DNA from: Epithemia pelagica
Lineage: Eukaryota; Protista; Bacillariophyta
Assembly: GCA_946965045.2 (NCBI GenBank)
Contig: OX337228.1
Span: 1,674,001 to 1,738,000 of the forward strand
Direction: 5' to 3'
DNA: 64,000 nt
The translations under genes were made by a program, and so were the position numbers. Position 1 is the first letter of the stretch. Each line of letters opens with the position of its first letter. Below the pieces are notes generated by a model. That model had not been told where the DNA came from and made no database searches. It was given only the letters and a program-made list of their open reading frames with translations. This document shows, in pieces, positions 22,305-33,490 of this stretch.

Positions 22305-22984
22305 AACCATTTGGCACCTTGACTGAAAGTATGAAAATCGTTTCGTTCGCGCATGAAACGTACTCTCAGTTTTGCGGTGTTGGAGGCGAGATGCGGGCGC
22401 CTAAGTTGCTGTTTGCTGCCGAGCATGGAACTGGGAAGCATGTGTCTGCCAGTCAAGCTTTTGCTCCACCAGTTGTGCCATAGACGGAGCAACCCCAGGT
22501 GCTCTTGTCTATCCGAATTGTTTCTGTAGTGTCGCAAGATGTAGGAGTAACAATGTAGGCGCACAGTCAGTCGATAACGACCTCACAGAAATGAACCGTC
22601 GAATCGGGTTCTTTTTATGTTGTGTACTCCATTCGATCTGCCATTGTGGAAGCCTATCACCAAGATGACTGTGGAGAAGACTAGAGTAGGAGTAGAATAA
22701 CATCGTCGCTTGGGAGTGCGCATTGATCTCCCTGAGGTCCCTAGCATACGTAGCACTTTTTCAGTCGCAGTTTCTGCCCTTCGTTCGCGCGGTCACAGAT
22801 TCTCGTCCGATACGTCCATTGTCAATTGCATTGTCCAAGTCCCTCATTTGTCGAATGCAAGAACGAGACTGACTCTCTTGTCGTCCCGTTGTTGTTTTTG
22901 TTGTGAAAGAGACGACACACACTTTCTCCAAACTAGGATTCCAGCGTTTCTAGTCCAGTTATCTTGTGACCTTTCCAACAAAGC

Positions 22985-24445
22985 ATGGCATCGAGAAAAA
23001 CTGGTACCGGTAGTGGTGACGATCCAGTCGATGGTGCCGATGGATTCACAAAGTCGTTGGAGGATGGCCACAAGGTAGGAGATGGAAGGATTGACACCAA
23101 CAAAACGTCGTCTCCGGGACTCTGGGGTTCTATATTCAATTCCAACAACAGTCCAATGTACGTAAACAAACATGGTTCTCAACGATACAACCCATACCGA
23201 CTGGCACAGAACAAACTTCCCCCCTAAAAACGCATCCATGATATGAGTTTATGTAGTGGTCTTCTGACGTGACTTCGTTCAAACATTTTGGTATTTATCA
23301 CTTCCAGGCTGTGGTTGATCATTTGGACTTTAAACAACATTGGTGTCACGTTGCTAAACAAGGCCGCCTTTGCCAAGGTAGATTTTCGATATCCCTACTT
23401 TCTCTCGGCGGTCCATATGGCCCTGAATGCCTTGGGATCGCAATTCATCTTTTGGAGCTTAAGCCGTCGTTCCTCATCTAGTGGTAGCAGTGGTGACGAC
23501 AATGATGATGTTAACTCCAAGGCCTTGCCCAGTTCCGGAGGAGAATCCTGGGTCACCAAGATTTTGGGCAATCTGCAACGACAATCGTTGGATGCTCATG
23601 GCAAACGACTCATTTTAGCCTTCTCTTTTATCTTCTCACTCAATATTGCCATTGGAAACGTATCCCTCAAGTACGTCTCGGTCAACTTCAACCAGGTAAT
23701 GCGATCGCTGGTTCCTGCGATAACCATTGTGATGGGCATGGCATTGGGTAAGAACGTATCAGTGGAACGACAGTTGGCTGTTTTGCCCGTGATTATTGGT
23801 GTGGCCATGGCGTGCTTTGGAGACATGTCCTACACGACCCCGGGCTTTATTTATACTGTGGCTTGTATTGTGTTGGCCGCTCTCAAGGTCGTGGCCAGTG
23901 GGGAAATGTTGACTGGGAGTCTCAAACTCCATCCAGTGGATTTGTTGGGACACATGGCACCTTTGGCCCTGGTCCAATGTATTTGCTTTTCCTTTGTGAC
24001 AGGAGAGATTGCCTCGATCGCATCGCGATGGGACACTGAATTGAGTCCCTTTGTCAATCTGTATCCCACCACTGTGGTTGTAACTTCAGGATTGGCCTCG
24101 TTTACCTTGAACATTAGTTCGCTGCAAGCCAACAAACTTACATCACCTTTGACCTTGTGCATTGCCGCCAATGTGAAACAAGTGCTCATGATTGCCGTGT
24201 CTACCATCATGTTCAACATTGACATTTCTCCCCTCAATGGTGCTGGCATAATTGTCGTCTTGATCGGTTCAGCTCGGTATTCCTACGTCTCCGTCATGGA
24301 AAAACAACAAGCCGCCGCATCGTTATCCTCGGACGTGGAAAAGGGAGTGACCAAAAATTCCGAACTCATCCCCATGAAATCGTCGATTCCGACACGTGGG
24401 GGCGTCCAACGAACGGCCAGTGGCAAGACGATTCCAAGGCCCTAG
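22985..24445 (+). CDS. Nucleotide-sugar/sugar-phosphate transporter (TPT/SLC35E-like), paralog 1; 2 exons
   Basis: [49 protein letters not shown]. Exons 22985-23157 and 23308-24445 (GTACGT...CCAG, phase 2). Confidence 0.9.
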
Positions 24446-24778
24446 AGCGTGGAACAAGGCGAAGACGTAAGAGATTTTGTAGAGGTAGTATGAGTTCTTC
24501 TAGCTTAATGCATGACGTTTACAATAGAATGTATATCATCTGTGCAACCGCTCCCCGACACCTAAACAATCCATCATCCTTTCCTTCTCGCATTTTTCCA
24601 TCACTCATCCCTTCTGTTTGCCAACACCCATGGGCCCAAACTCTTTCATTATCTTCTTTCATTCCATAATTTTTATGAGCTGGCTCGAACAAAGCAACGC
24701 ATTGTTGCCATGACCAGCAAGCAGTTTCTGATAGTAAAAAACAGTTCGTCTTGAACAAAGCAAAGCAAATTTGCCACT

Positions 24779-25015
24779 TTACTCTTCAGCAGCAGCGGCC
24801 ACTGGTTCTTCGGCTTTTGGTGCTTCTTCTACAGGGGCAGCTTCACCTGATTGTTTCGCTTCAAAGTCTTGAATCACCTTGCGGGTCAACTCCAAGTCTT
24901 CTTCCTTGCTACCAGCTTGAAGAGACATTGATGGGACACGAGCCGAGTTTGGAACGACGACAAAGGCCGAGGCCGTGGAGACAATGGCGAAGAAAACAGC
25001 GGAAACAACCTTCAT
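24779..25015 (-). CDS. Small (78 aa) plastid-targeted protein of unknown function
   Basis: Textbook bipartite presequence MKVVSAVFFAIVSTASA-FVVVP (ASAF motif), a transit-like stretch, then SKEEDLELTRKVIQDF and an A/E/P-rich tail. Confidence 0.8.
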   Translation of the reverse strand: MKVVSAVFFAIVSTASAFVVVPNSARVPSMSLQAGSKEEDLELTRKVIQDFEAKQSGEAAPVEEAPKAEEPVAAAAEE

Positions 25016-25456
25016 TGTGTTGATGGATATGAAAACAAAGTTGAGAACGTGTAGGGTTACAAGTTACAATGTCTAGACCCAACAAGGTGAAGTTGAAATC
25101 CTCCTCTTCTTATCGCGACGAGGTGCATTCTCACTTTTCATCATCTCGTAGTCTTTGCCATGACGACACGTGAGCATGCGTCACCGACTTTCACAACCCC
25201 AGCATGTTGTGGATTCTTGGTCTTGGTTTCGTTTCAGACTGGATCACATTGGACCGCTGAGTAGCAACGGATCGGGCACGCGTGAAAGCATCCAGGCCAA
25301 CGGACACATAGACGAACGTCAGTCAGTCCCTGCATCCTCCGATCCGAAGGTGAGTCGCGGAAACTATTTGTCTTGCCGTCTGCCGTCTGCCCCCTTTTTC
25401 AAGTTTTTCCCCAAACTGGAAACGAAGGCAAACGAAAAAAGCAATAAAATAGGACC

Positions 25457-27255
25457 ATGGCGGCAACATCGGGAGAAACATATCACGAGCGTTCGAAAGG
25501 AAAGGATATTCGAACATCGAACATTGTCGCAGCAAAGGTACGTGAAACATGGGCGCAGAGACGACGAGGAAGTTTGGTGTCAGTCATTTTTTGGAAAAAA
25601 TGAGGGTATCGAATATCTTTCTCGTAGAAATCGGCAATGAGCCACCGAGGTGGTTGTTTGTGCAGCTCTGAACCAGAAACTCATGGCTTTGTATGGTTTT
25701 CATGTCTCGTTATTTCTTCTAGGCTGTGGCCAATGCTGTACGAACCTCATTGGGACCACGTGGGATGGATAAATTGTTGCAATTGCCCAACAAGGAGGTC
25801 TTGATCAGCAATGATGGGGCTACGATTTTGAGCAAAATGAAAGTCTTGCATCCGGCTGGAAAAATGCTGGTGGAATTGAGTCAAAGTCAGGATATAGCTG
25901 CAGGTGATGGTACCACCACTGTGGTGGTCTTGGCTGGTGCCCTATTGGAAGCCTGTGACGAATTGTTGACCAAGGGATTGCATCCAACTCAAATTGCCTC
26001 GTCCTTTCTACGGGCTGCCGATCATGCCTGTCAAGCTTTGCAACAGGTTAGTCGGCCGGTTGATTTGACAGATCGTGACTCCTTACTTCAAGCCGTCGAA
26101 ACATGCTTGTCGTCCAAGGTGGTTGCCCAGAATATGGATGTCTTTGCTCCCATGGCTGTCGATTCTGTCCTGGGCCTGTTGAAAGACCCCAAAACCGATA
26201 ATAATGTCGATTTGCGAGATATTCGTATTGTCGAACAGCTTGGTGGCACAGTAGAAGATTCGGAACTGATTCCACACGGCTTGGTAATACCCAAGGGAAG
26301 TAATCGTACGGCCAGTGGCAGCGGAGCTCCCCTGCAGATATCAAATGCCAAGATTATGTTGATTCAATACTGTTTATCGGCTCCCAAAACCGACATGGAC
26401 AACAATGTTGTGGTTCAAGATTATGCCTCCATGGACCGCATCTTGCGCGAAGAACGCAAATATATCTTGAATCAGTGCAAAGTTATCAAAAAGACGGGTT
26501 GTAACGTGTTGCTGATTCAAAAGTCGATTCTCCGCGATGCCTACAATGAATTGAGCTTGCACTTTTTGGCCAAGATGGGCATTTTAGTTGTGACGGACAT
26601 TGATCGATCCGATGTTGACTTTTATTGCCGCACCTTGCATTGTCAACCCGTGGCTCATCCCGATCAGTGTACTTCGGACAAGTTGGGTCATGCCGAAACC
26701 GTGGCCGATGTGTGGATGGAAGGTGGATCCAACAAGGTGGTCAAATTCACAGGCATTGGAGACCAAGGGTCACCCGACGCCTCACCCACAACAACCGTGT
26801 TGCTGCGAGGGAGCTCACAAGTAGTTTTGGAAGAAGCCCATCGGAGTTTGCACGATGCCCAATGTGTCGTTCGTTCTTTGGTCCAACAACGATACTTGAT
26901 TGCCGGTGGTGGTGCACCCGAAGCCCATGCCGCTTATGCATTGCAACAAGAAGCGGTTCAATGGACAGGCCAAGATGCCTATTGCTGGTCCGCCTTTGCC
27001 GAAGCCTTGACCGTGATTCCCTATACGCTAGCCGAAAATGCCGGTATGAAGCCCATTCAAGTGGTGACAGATCTACGTGCTCAACATGCCGCTGGAAACA
27101 AGGGAGCGGGGATAAATGTCAAGTCTGGCAAAGTATCCGACATGTATGAACTCAATGTGGTTCAACCCCTCAAGGTTTCAACCTCAGCAATTAAATTGGC
27201 TACGGAGACAGTCACTCTCATTATGAAGATCGATGATCTTATCGTAGTACAATAG
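25457..27255 (+). CDS. CCT4: T-complex protein 1 subunit delta (CCT4); 2 exons
   Basis: Exon 1 25457-25537 (…KDIRTSNIVAAK), intron 25538-25722, then AVANAVRTSLGPRGMDK, SNDGATIL, GDGTTTVVV, LIQKSILRD, ILKID-type end (IMKIDDLIVVQ). Confidence 0.95.
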
Positions 27256-27450
27256 ATAACATAATCATCAATTCAATTATCTTATTGGTACAATTCTCAT
27301 AGAATTGAATCTACTTTATGATGCATTAAAGCAAGTCATCGTGTCGACAGAGTCAATGATGAAAAAAAAACTGGTCTGCAGACAAGAAAGACATGACTCA
27401 AGACCGGTGAACCCCTCAAGTAGCGAGTCTGGATGGATGCTGCTCAACTC

Positions 27451-28744
27451 TTATGCATCCGAGTCAGGAACCGGTGAGGATCCCACAGCCGACGAAGGGG
27501 TTCCACCGTTATGATGGGACGCATGTTGAGCCGCCGAAGCCGCGGCTGCAGCGGAGGAGCCATGATGACCATGATGATGATGATCATTGGTTCGTTGCTT
27601 TTTCGGGGCAGGTTCTGGAATTAAATCGGCAGCGGCTTTGAGGACCGGCATGCACAAGTGCGGATAATTTTTCATTTCGTCTTCAAAATCTTGATTGCCC
27701 GCCAACTGTCGTAAATTGGTCATGATGAATTCAATGCAGGCTGCCTGCAATCGCTGGGCAGTAAACTCTTCCGTCGCTCCGTACATGCGTGCCACCGTAT
27801 CGACCCGCATGTGATCGCGAATTAATTCATGTTCTACCAAACGTTTCAGGTCGCGAAGCAGCCATCGATCGGACAAATGAAGCAACCTCAGTAAATCGTC
27901 TGTTCCGATCGAACGCAAGGCTACAATACGGTTCGTGTAGATGAATTCTAAACACCATCGAATGTGAGATGCATTGAAAGTATTCTCAACCTTGACGATA
28001 CAATCTTGCGATTCCTTAAAAGCCATTGGACCGCCCGATGCCCCTCGAAAAAGCGCTTTGAAATACTCTGCTCGAGCCGTGAGTATAGATTTGTGCGCCT
28101 TGATAATTTTGGGCTCAAGCGGTGGTGTTTTGCGGTCCATTTCCATTGGAAGGCTGTTGCTGATTTTCATGTCATTGGACTCGCCTTCAGCATCTGGAGC
28201 AATATGAAAGTGGGCATCCATGTGTTCCTCATCATCCAGTAATTCTTTCATATCCTTAAAGAACTCATCGTCGTCGGCCGCGGCCGCCGGAGGCTCTGGT
28301 CGTCGCTTTTTGCGAACCATGATTGTATCTCCCCTTTGTAATTGAACCGACTCCGGTGTATCTTCATTCTCTAGTAGATTGACAAAGTAGTATTCTAAAT
28401 CATCTTTTCTCAAGCCATGGTATTTGGCATAATGACGAAAGAGCGATGAGAAACGTTGCGTTTTGAGCATCAAACAACTGTAGTTGGTTTCCGCTGTCAC
28501 ACGACGAATGGTATTTTCGGCTCCCGTCAAATACAAGTCCTCTTCTGCTTTTACCTGTAAAATGAACGAACCAAACAGAGACTTCAGGTGAGATACTATG
28601 GAACTGCAAGATCAATCACCATGGTCCAAAGACGCGGCTATGTAGCGCATAAAGTGACATGAGACACCTAAAACCTACACTGAATTCGACATGTTCGTTC
28701 ATCTGATTGTTCCCCTGTCTTCCATTTCCATTGTTCGCAGCCAT
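27451..28744 (-). CDS. SUMO/ubiquitin-like domain + BTB/POZ domain protein; 2 exons
   Basis: Exon 1 28744-28679, intron 28555-28678 (GTAGGT...ACAG). The N-terminal domain resembles SUMO (QRFSSLFRHYAKYHGL...DTPESVQLQRGDTIMV). BTB: IIKAHKSILTARAEYFKALF, LEFIYTN, LLHLSDRWLLRDLKRLVE, LQAACIEFI. Confidence 0.85.
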
Positions 28745-29377
28745 GACGATGACGGGATCTCTGACACAATCTCGTTCGCGGGGACGATGGAAGGTCCTAT
28801 TGGGAGAGAGGGAATAGAAACCAAAGGAGTTTCGAGCGAAGAGTCGCAAAAGTATCAGCGACACACAAAGACCTTTGCACTTTGCACCAATCCCATCGAG
28901 AAAAAGAGACGCAGCGACCGCGATCCCAATGTTTCGTGTCACACTCATGCACCGGGCGGCTCACGAAGAGCGGGCGCTTTACGACCGTGCTATGCGCGCA
29001 AAATTTTGGCTCGCCCCTCGCCCCCTCACATTTTGTCGTCCATCCGATGGGAAATGCAAATTTGCGTCCTGCTCCTGCGATCTACCTATCCGTACCTTGA
29101 CACTCAAAGGGAAAGAAGAATAAAACCCATTGTATTTTATGGACCAATCAACCAAAGCTACCTCTAATTGGTCGTGGCTTTCGCACACATGAACCCATAT
29201 GTGCACGTGTGAGTTTGTTGCTCAGAAGCTCTACGCGGTAAAATCTGTTGCGCTTTTTCATCACCCTCAGACCGAGCAGCAGTGAAGATAACCGGCAAAG
29301 GGTAAATCATCAATAACAAAGAGATGGTAGCGCTGAAGGTCAAAACATGATATTTTTGGATTCATATTCCTTCCCAT

Positions 29378-30913
29378 TCACCGACAAAGCACGCGTCTCG
29401 AATCGGATGGTATCGTTGACTGAGTCTCTGTTGACCGAGTCTCTGGCTGGCAAGTTGATGGTTGCCTTTTACCACTCGCTTCTTCCTTGTCCAATAACTT
29501 CGTCTCGTCTTCCTTTGGTACCGGGGACCCTGTCCGTTCATACAAGGATACGTACGAGTACAAGGCCGATCCAATTAAAACTACGAGAATACCCACCTAT
29601 CGTACCATTGGCGCCCAAAGAATTCGTTCAGCAGAACAGTTGACGACAGAAAGAACATGAGACCCAGCAATTCGAGAGTGTCGCTGTAATCGGCTTAACC
29701 ATCTTACTTACCGCGTTGAGAAAGGATATTTCCGTTTCAAAGATAGCCGTAGCAATGACAATCATCAGCACCTGCTTGACATTTCCGGCAATGCACAAGG
29801 TCAGTGGAGAGGTCAACTTATTGGTTTGCAGGGAACTGATATTGAACAAAAAGGAAAGGACTCCAGACAACATCACGACGGCAAAGGGATAAATGTTGAC
29901 AAACGGATCGAGTTCGGTCGTCCATCGTAGGGCAATGGAATGCAATTCTCCCGTCACGACCGACATGGCTATACATTGTAGAAACGCCAAGGGAGCCATG
30001 TGACCCAACAAATCAAAAGGGTGAAGTTTCAAGCTGCCCGTCAACATTTCTCCACTGGCCACCACTTTCGTAGCCGCCAGTAAGATACAAAGCACAGTAT
30101 AGGCAAATCCCACCTTGGTAAAGGACATGTCTCCAAAACAGGCCATAGCAACACCCACAACCACGGGAAGGACAGCCAATTGACGATTGGGAGAGGTGGG
30201 TTTCCCCAAGGCATAACCCATCGCAATCGTGATGGCTGGCACCAACGAGCGCATGACCTGGTTAAAGTTGACTGAGACATGTTGCAACGAAACGTTGCCA
30301 ACCGCAATATTAAGGGAAAATATAACGGAAAAGCCAATCATTAGTCGTTTTCCTTTTGTATCCAAGGACTGACGCTGTAGATTGCCAAAAAGCAGGGTGA
30401 TCCAAGACGACTTTTCACCCAATTGAGGCAATTCCTTGGAGTTGACATCGAGTTCATTATGACACCGGCGGCGTTCCAAAGTCCAAAAGACGAACTGGGA
30501 CCCAAAAGCATTCACGGCCATGTGTACGGCCGACAAGAAGTATGGGTAGCGAAAATCCACCTTGGCAAAGGCTGCTTTGTTTAAAAGGGTAATGCCGATG
30601 TTGTTGCATGTCCAAATAATGAGCCACAAACTATCCATGCCGAGACCAACGTAGTTAGCAAAAGAGACCATAATGAGTGAGATGTTCTTGTGATGAGCAA
30701 GATCAATGATTGTCCAACAAAATGAGTTCCCGCCATAGTTTCCGTTTTCGTTCTGTTTTCGGTCGTGGGTCGTGGAAACCTTTCTACTTACGTGGCCATA
30801 TTGTTGTTCGAGACCGGTTTCCCATTTTCTCGGCGATTCAACTCTTTGGACGCACAAGGTTCATTGCTGCCCGAAGTGCCGTGTTGGGGCGAGGCACTCC
30901 GTGAAATGGCCAT
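29378..30913 (-). CDS. Nucleotide-sugar/sugar-phosphate transporter (TPT/SLC35E-like), paralog 2; 3 exons
   Basis: Exons 30913-30792, 30630-29712 and 29596-29378 (both introns GTAAGT...AG). Very similar to 22985-24445 ([37 protein letters not shown]). Confidence 0.88.
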
Positions 30914-31367
30914 GAAATTATCGACTGGGGCCACTGCAGAGGAACATGACGTCGACGAGTTCATTATGAATAATGAGTGTTAAGAGTTTTCGAGTTTCTT
31001 TGTTCTCGAGCCGTTGTTCGGTCCTCCTCTAGACGACGACTAGGAGGAGAGAAAAGTACCAGAGTCTTACGTTGGTCTTTTGATAATGGATCGATTCTTT
31101 ATAGAGCAACAAGATGCGGCCCTTCAAAATCTCATTGTCCCTCGTCTTCCTTTCAGATTCCTTTTCGTCGATACACGTGACGTGTCGAGCGTGAACAAAT
31201 TAAGTAGCTTGCGTGCGCGACACCGCAACTATAACAACTCATGCATGCGCGATCGCGCAAGGCGATGTTCAATTCCCCTCTACAACGACCCATGGAGTGC
31301 CTCCACAAGAGCCCGTACAAGCGCAGTGTTTGAGACTCATCTAATAGTCGTCTTGTCGCGATCTCCG

Positions 31368-32906
31368 TCACAGAGAAGTTTGCACCCACACATATTCTTC
31401 TCGATACGCCCCCAATGATGGATTCAGTCCGTTGGACGATCCACAGACCAAGTCGCAACTGGCGGTACATGTGTAAATGGCCACCACTCCAAAATCCAAA
31501 TTGTTGGCGGCTGTCGTCGAATCGTAAAACTTGCCTTGTTGATACCGTTGCGAAGCCGTGTCCTTGGCTTCGACCAAGCAGGGTGGTACTTGCTCTGGAG
31601 GAGCCTGTTCCATCCAGGAATCGGCCACTTGCATCGCTTGATTCCAGGCGGCTTGCAGTTCGCGTTCCTTTGCACCATCGTCGACTTCCGCCTCTGTAGT
31701 CAAGGATGATTGCGGTTTTCGTTTGAGAAGATAGTGCAACATTTGAGGCATGAGTTGAAATTCAAACTTTCGAGGTGCCCCACACAATTCACAAGGTGGA
31801 GGGATATTGCTCGTTGGTTGTTGCTCTTGTCGAAACCACTGAATGGCCGATTTGCTGTCGACTGACGGCCACCGTCGGTATCTTAATACTTGGTCGGGGT
31901 TGGAACGGCATCGTTCTAAAAATGCCATGGTAACGGGATCAGTCACTCCTCCCTTCTTCGATCCTCGTACCATTTGGTTCAAATCGTCTTGTTCCAAGTT
32001 TTGGTCATCATCGTCCGATCCATCATTGGAGGAGGCAAAGAGAGGGGTTGATGGAGACGGGGATCCATGCTTGTCGGTATCGTCATACTCTTCCTCGACG
32101 ACAATCTCGGCAATAGGATAGAGTGAAGGTAGCTCTCGTACCATTGTTGTTGTGATAGCTTGTTCTTCTTGTTTTTGCAGGGGCTGGAAGACATTAAAAT
32201 AGTATTCTTTTTGGTGTGCTTTGCAGCAAAAATATAGCTTTTGCAGTGGACATTGATATATCGCCCGCAAACCACACACTTGACACAAATGAATATATGG
32301 AGCCGTCTCGTGGCTAGTCCAGTTCTCCAGCTCGTTGGATGATAAGAGTTTGGGGTCAAGAGGATAATAGGGATTTTCCTGTGGCAACTGCCCTCGCAAA
32401 ACACGAACGCAGGGCGCTGATAGTGTTGCGCTGTTTTCACTGTCAGGCTTGTTGTGTTGAATGTCGTCCTCTTTCATGTCCCCTACGCAGCACTTGGCGC
32501 AAGCGAAGACATACAATGCACGATGAAAGGCGCGATCTTCAGTTGTTTCATCCTTGTCGTCTTGTTTGGTGCTGGCGGTGCAGTGCAAATCGGTCTTGTC
32601 CACAGGCGCATATATTTGGCAGACAAACGACAGACTGCCATGTTCCTGCGGATGCCGTGTACACAATAAAGGACCCTGTGGAATGTGTTGAGGATCCAGC
32701 CAGTTGGGACATCCACCCAATTGCCCACCATCCCACTCATTGTAGTTGGGTGATCGAAAGGCTACTTGTTCCAAATGTTGCATATCTTGAATGGACTCCA
32801 CATATCCCAAATGGACGACTCCCTCATCATTATCATCATCTTCGTCGGCGCCACCGTCATTCGGATCCTGTTCGCTTTTATCCATGTCTTGATCAATCCT
32901 TGTCAT
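31368..32906 (-). CDS. PDCD2/PDCD2L (TSR4-like) protein with MYND-like zinc finger
   Basis: QLGGCPNWLDP, LSFVCQIYAP, FHRALYVFAC, VRVLRGQL, CQVCG..C...FCCKAHQ, DQVLRY, CELCGAPRKFEFQLMPQML, LDFGVVAIYTC..SC, YREEYVWVQ. Confidence 0.9.
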   Translation of the reverse strand: MTRIDQDMDKSEQDPNDGGADEDDDNDEGVVHLGYVESIQDMQHLEQVAFRSPNYNEWDGGQLGGCPNWLDPQHIPQGPLLCTRHPQEHGSLSFVCQIYAPVDKTDLHCTASTKQDDKDETTEDRAFHRALYVFACAKCCVGDMKEDDIQHNKPDSENSATLSAPCVRVLRGQLPQENPYYPLDPKLLSSNELENWTSHETAPYIHLCQVCGLRAIYQCPLQKLYFCCKAHQKEYYFNVFQPLQKQEEQAITTTMVRELPSLYPIAEIVVEEEYDDTDKHGSPSPSTPLFASSNDGSDDDDQNLEQDDLNQMVRGSKKGGVTDPVTMAFLERCRSNPDQVLRYRRWPSVDSKSAIQWFRQEQQPTSNIPPPCELCGAPRKFEFQLMPQMLHYLLKRKPQSSLTTEAEVDDGAKERELQAAWNQAMQVADSWMEQAPPEQVPPCLVEAKDTASQRYQQGKFYDSTTAANNLDFGVVAIYTCTASCDLVCGSSNGLNPSLGAYREEYVWVQTSL

Positions 32907-33490
32907 CTCCTTTTCGTCATGTTCTCTATCGCTTGTGCGTATCGACAATCGTCATGGATGGATCCTACTCCTACCTAGCTGTGTCTGTCCGGCGTAGCTC
33001 AACATACTCCTAGGAGGAAGAGGAGCTATGAGAGCTATGAGTGAAAAGTGGAAACCGATGAAAAGGGTGGATGGGTAACCTTAGACCTCTGCGTAGAGGG
33101 CTCTAAAATTGATCCGTAGAGAGTGTAGAGATGGAATCTAATCTTTATCCTGGGGCAAGTCGTTGAGTGAAAATAGAATTCTCGCATCGCTGGTAAGGAA
33201 CAAAATATTTACGATATTTTTTCTCGCGGAGAGCACGAACGGCAGCTTTCGTTAGGCGACGGTGCTCGTCTGTAGAACTGGATTTGGCAACCTTTTCAAG
33301 GAGAACAATTTTATTCGTACGAAGGGGTCGAGGCGTTTCGTCGTCGTGAAGCATGCGATTGTTGGACCAATGAGATATATGCCTGAACGAAGCAAAATTG
33401 TCTTCGCCTGGAGTTCGTCCACACCAGCCCACTATTTCCATTCCTTGATCCAGTCAGAAGTCATATCTCAATTCTTTTCACGCACCTGCC

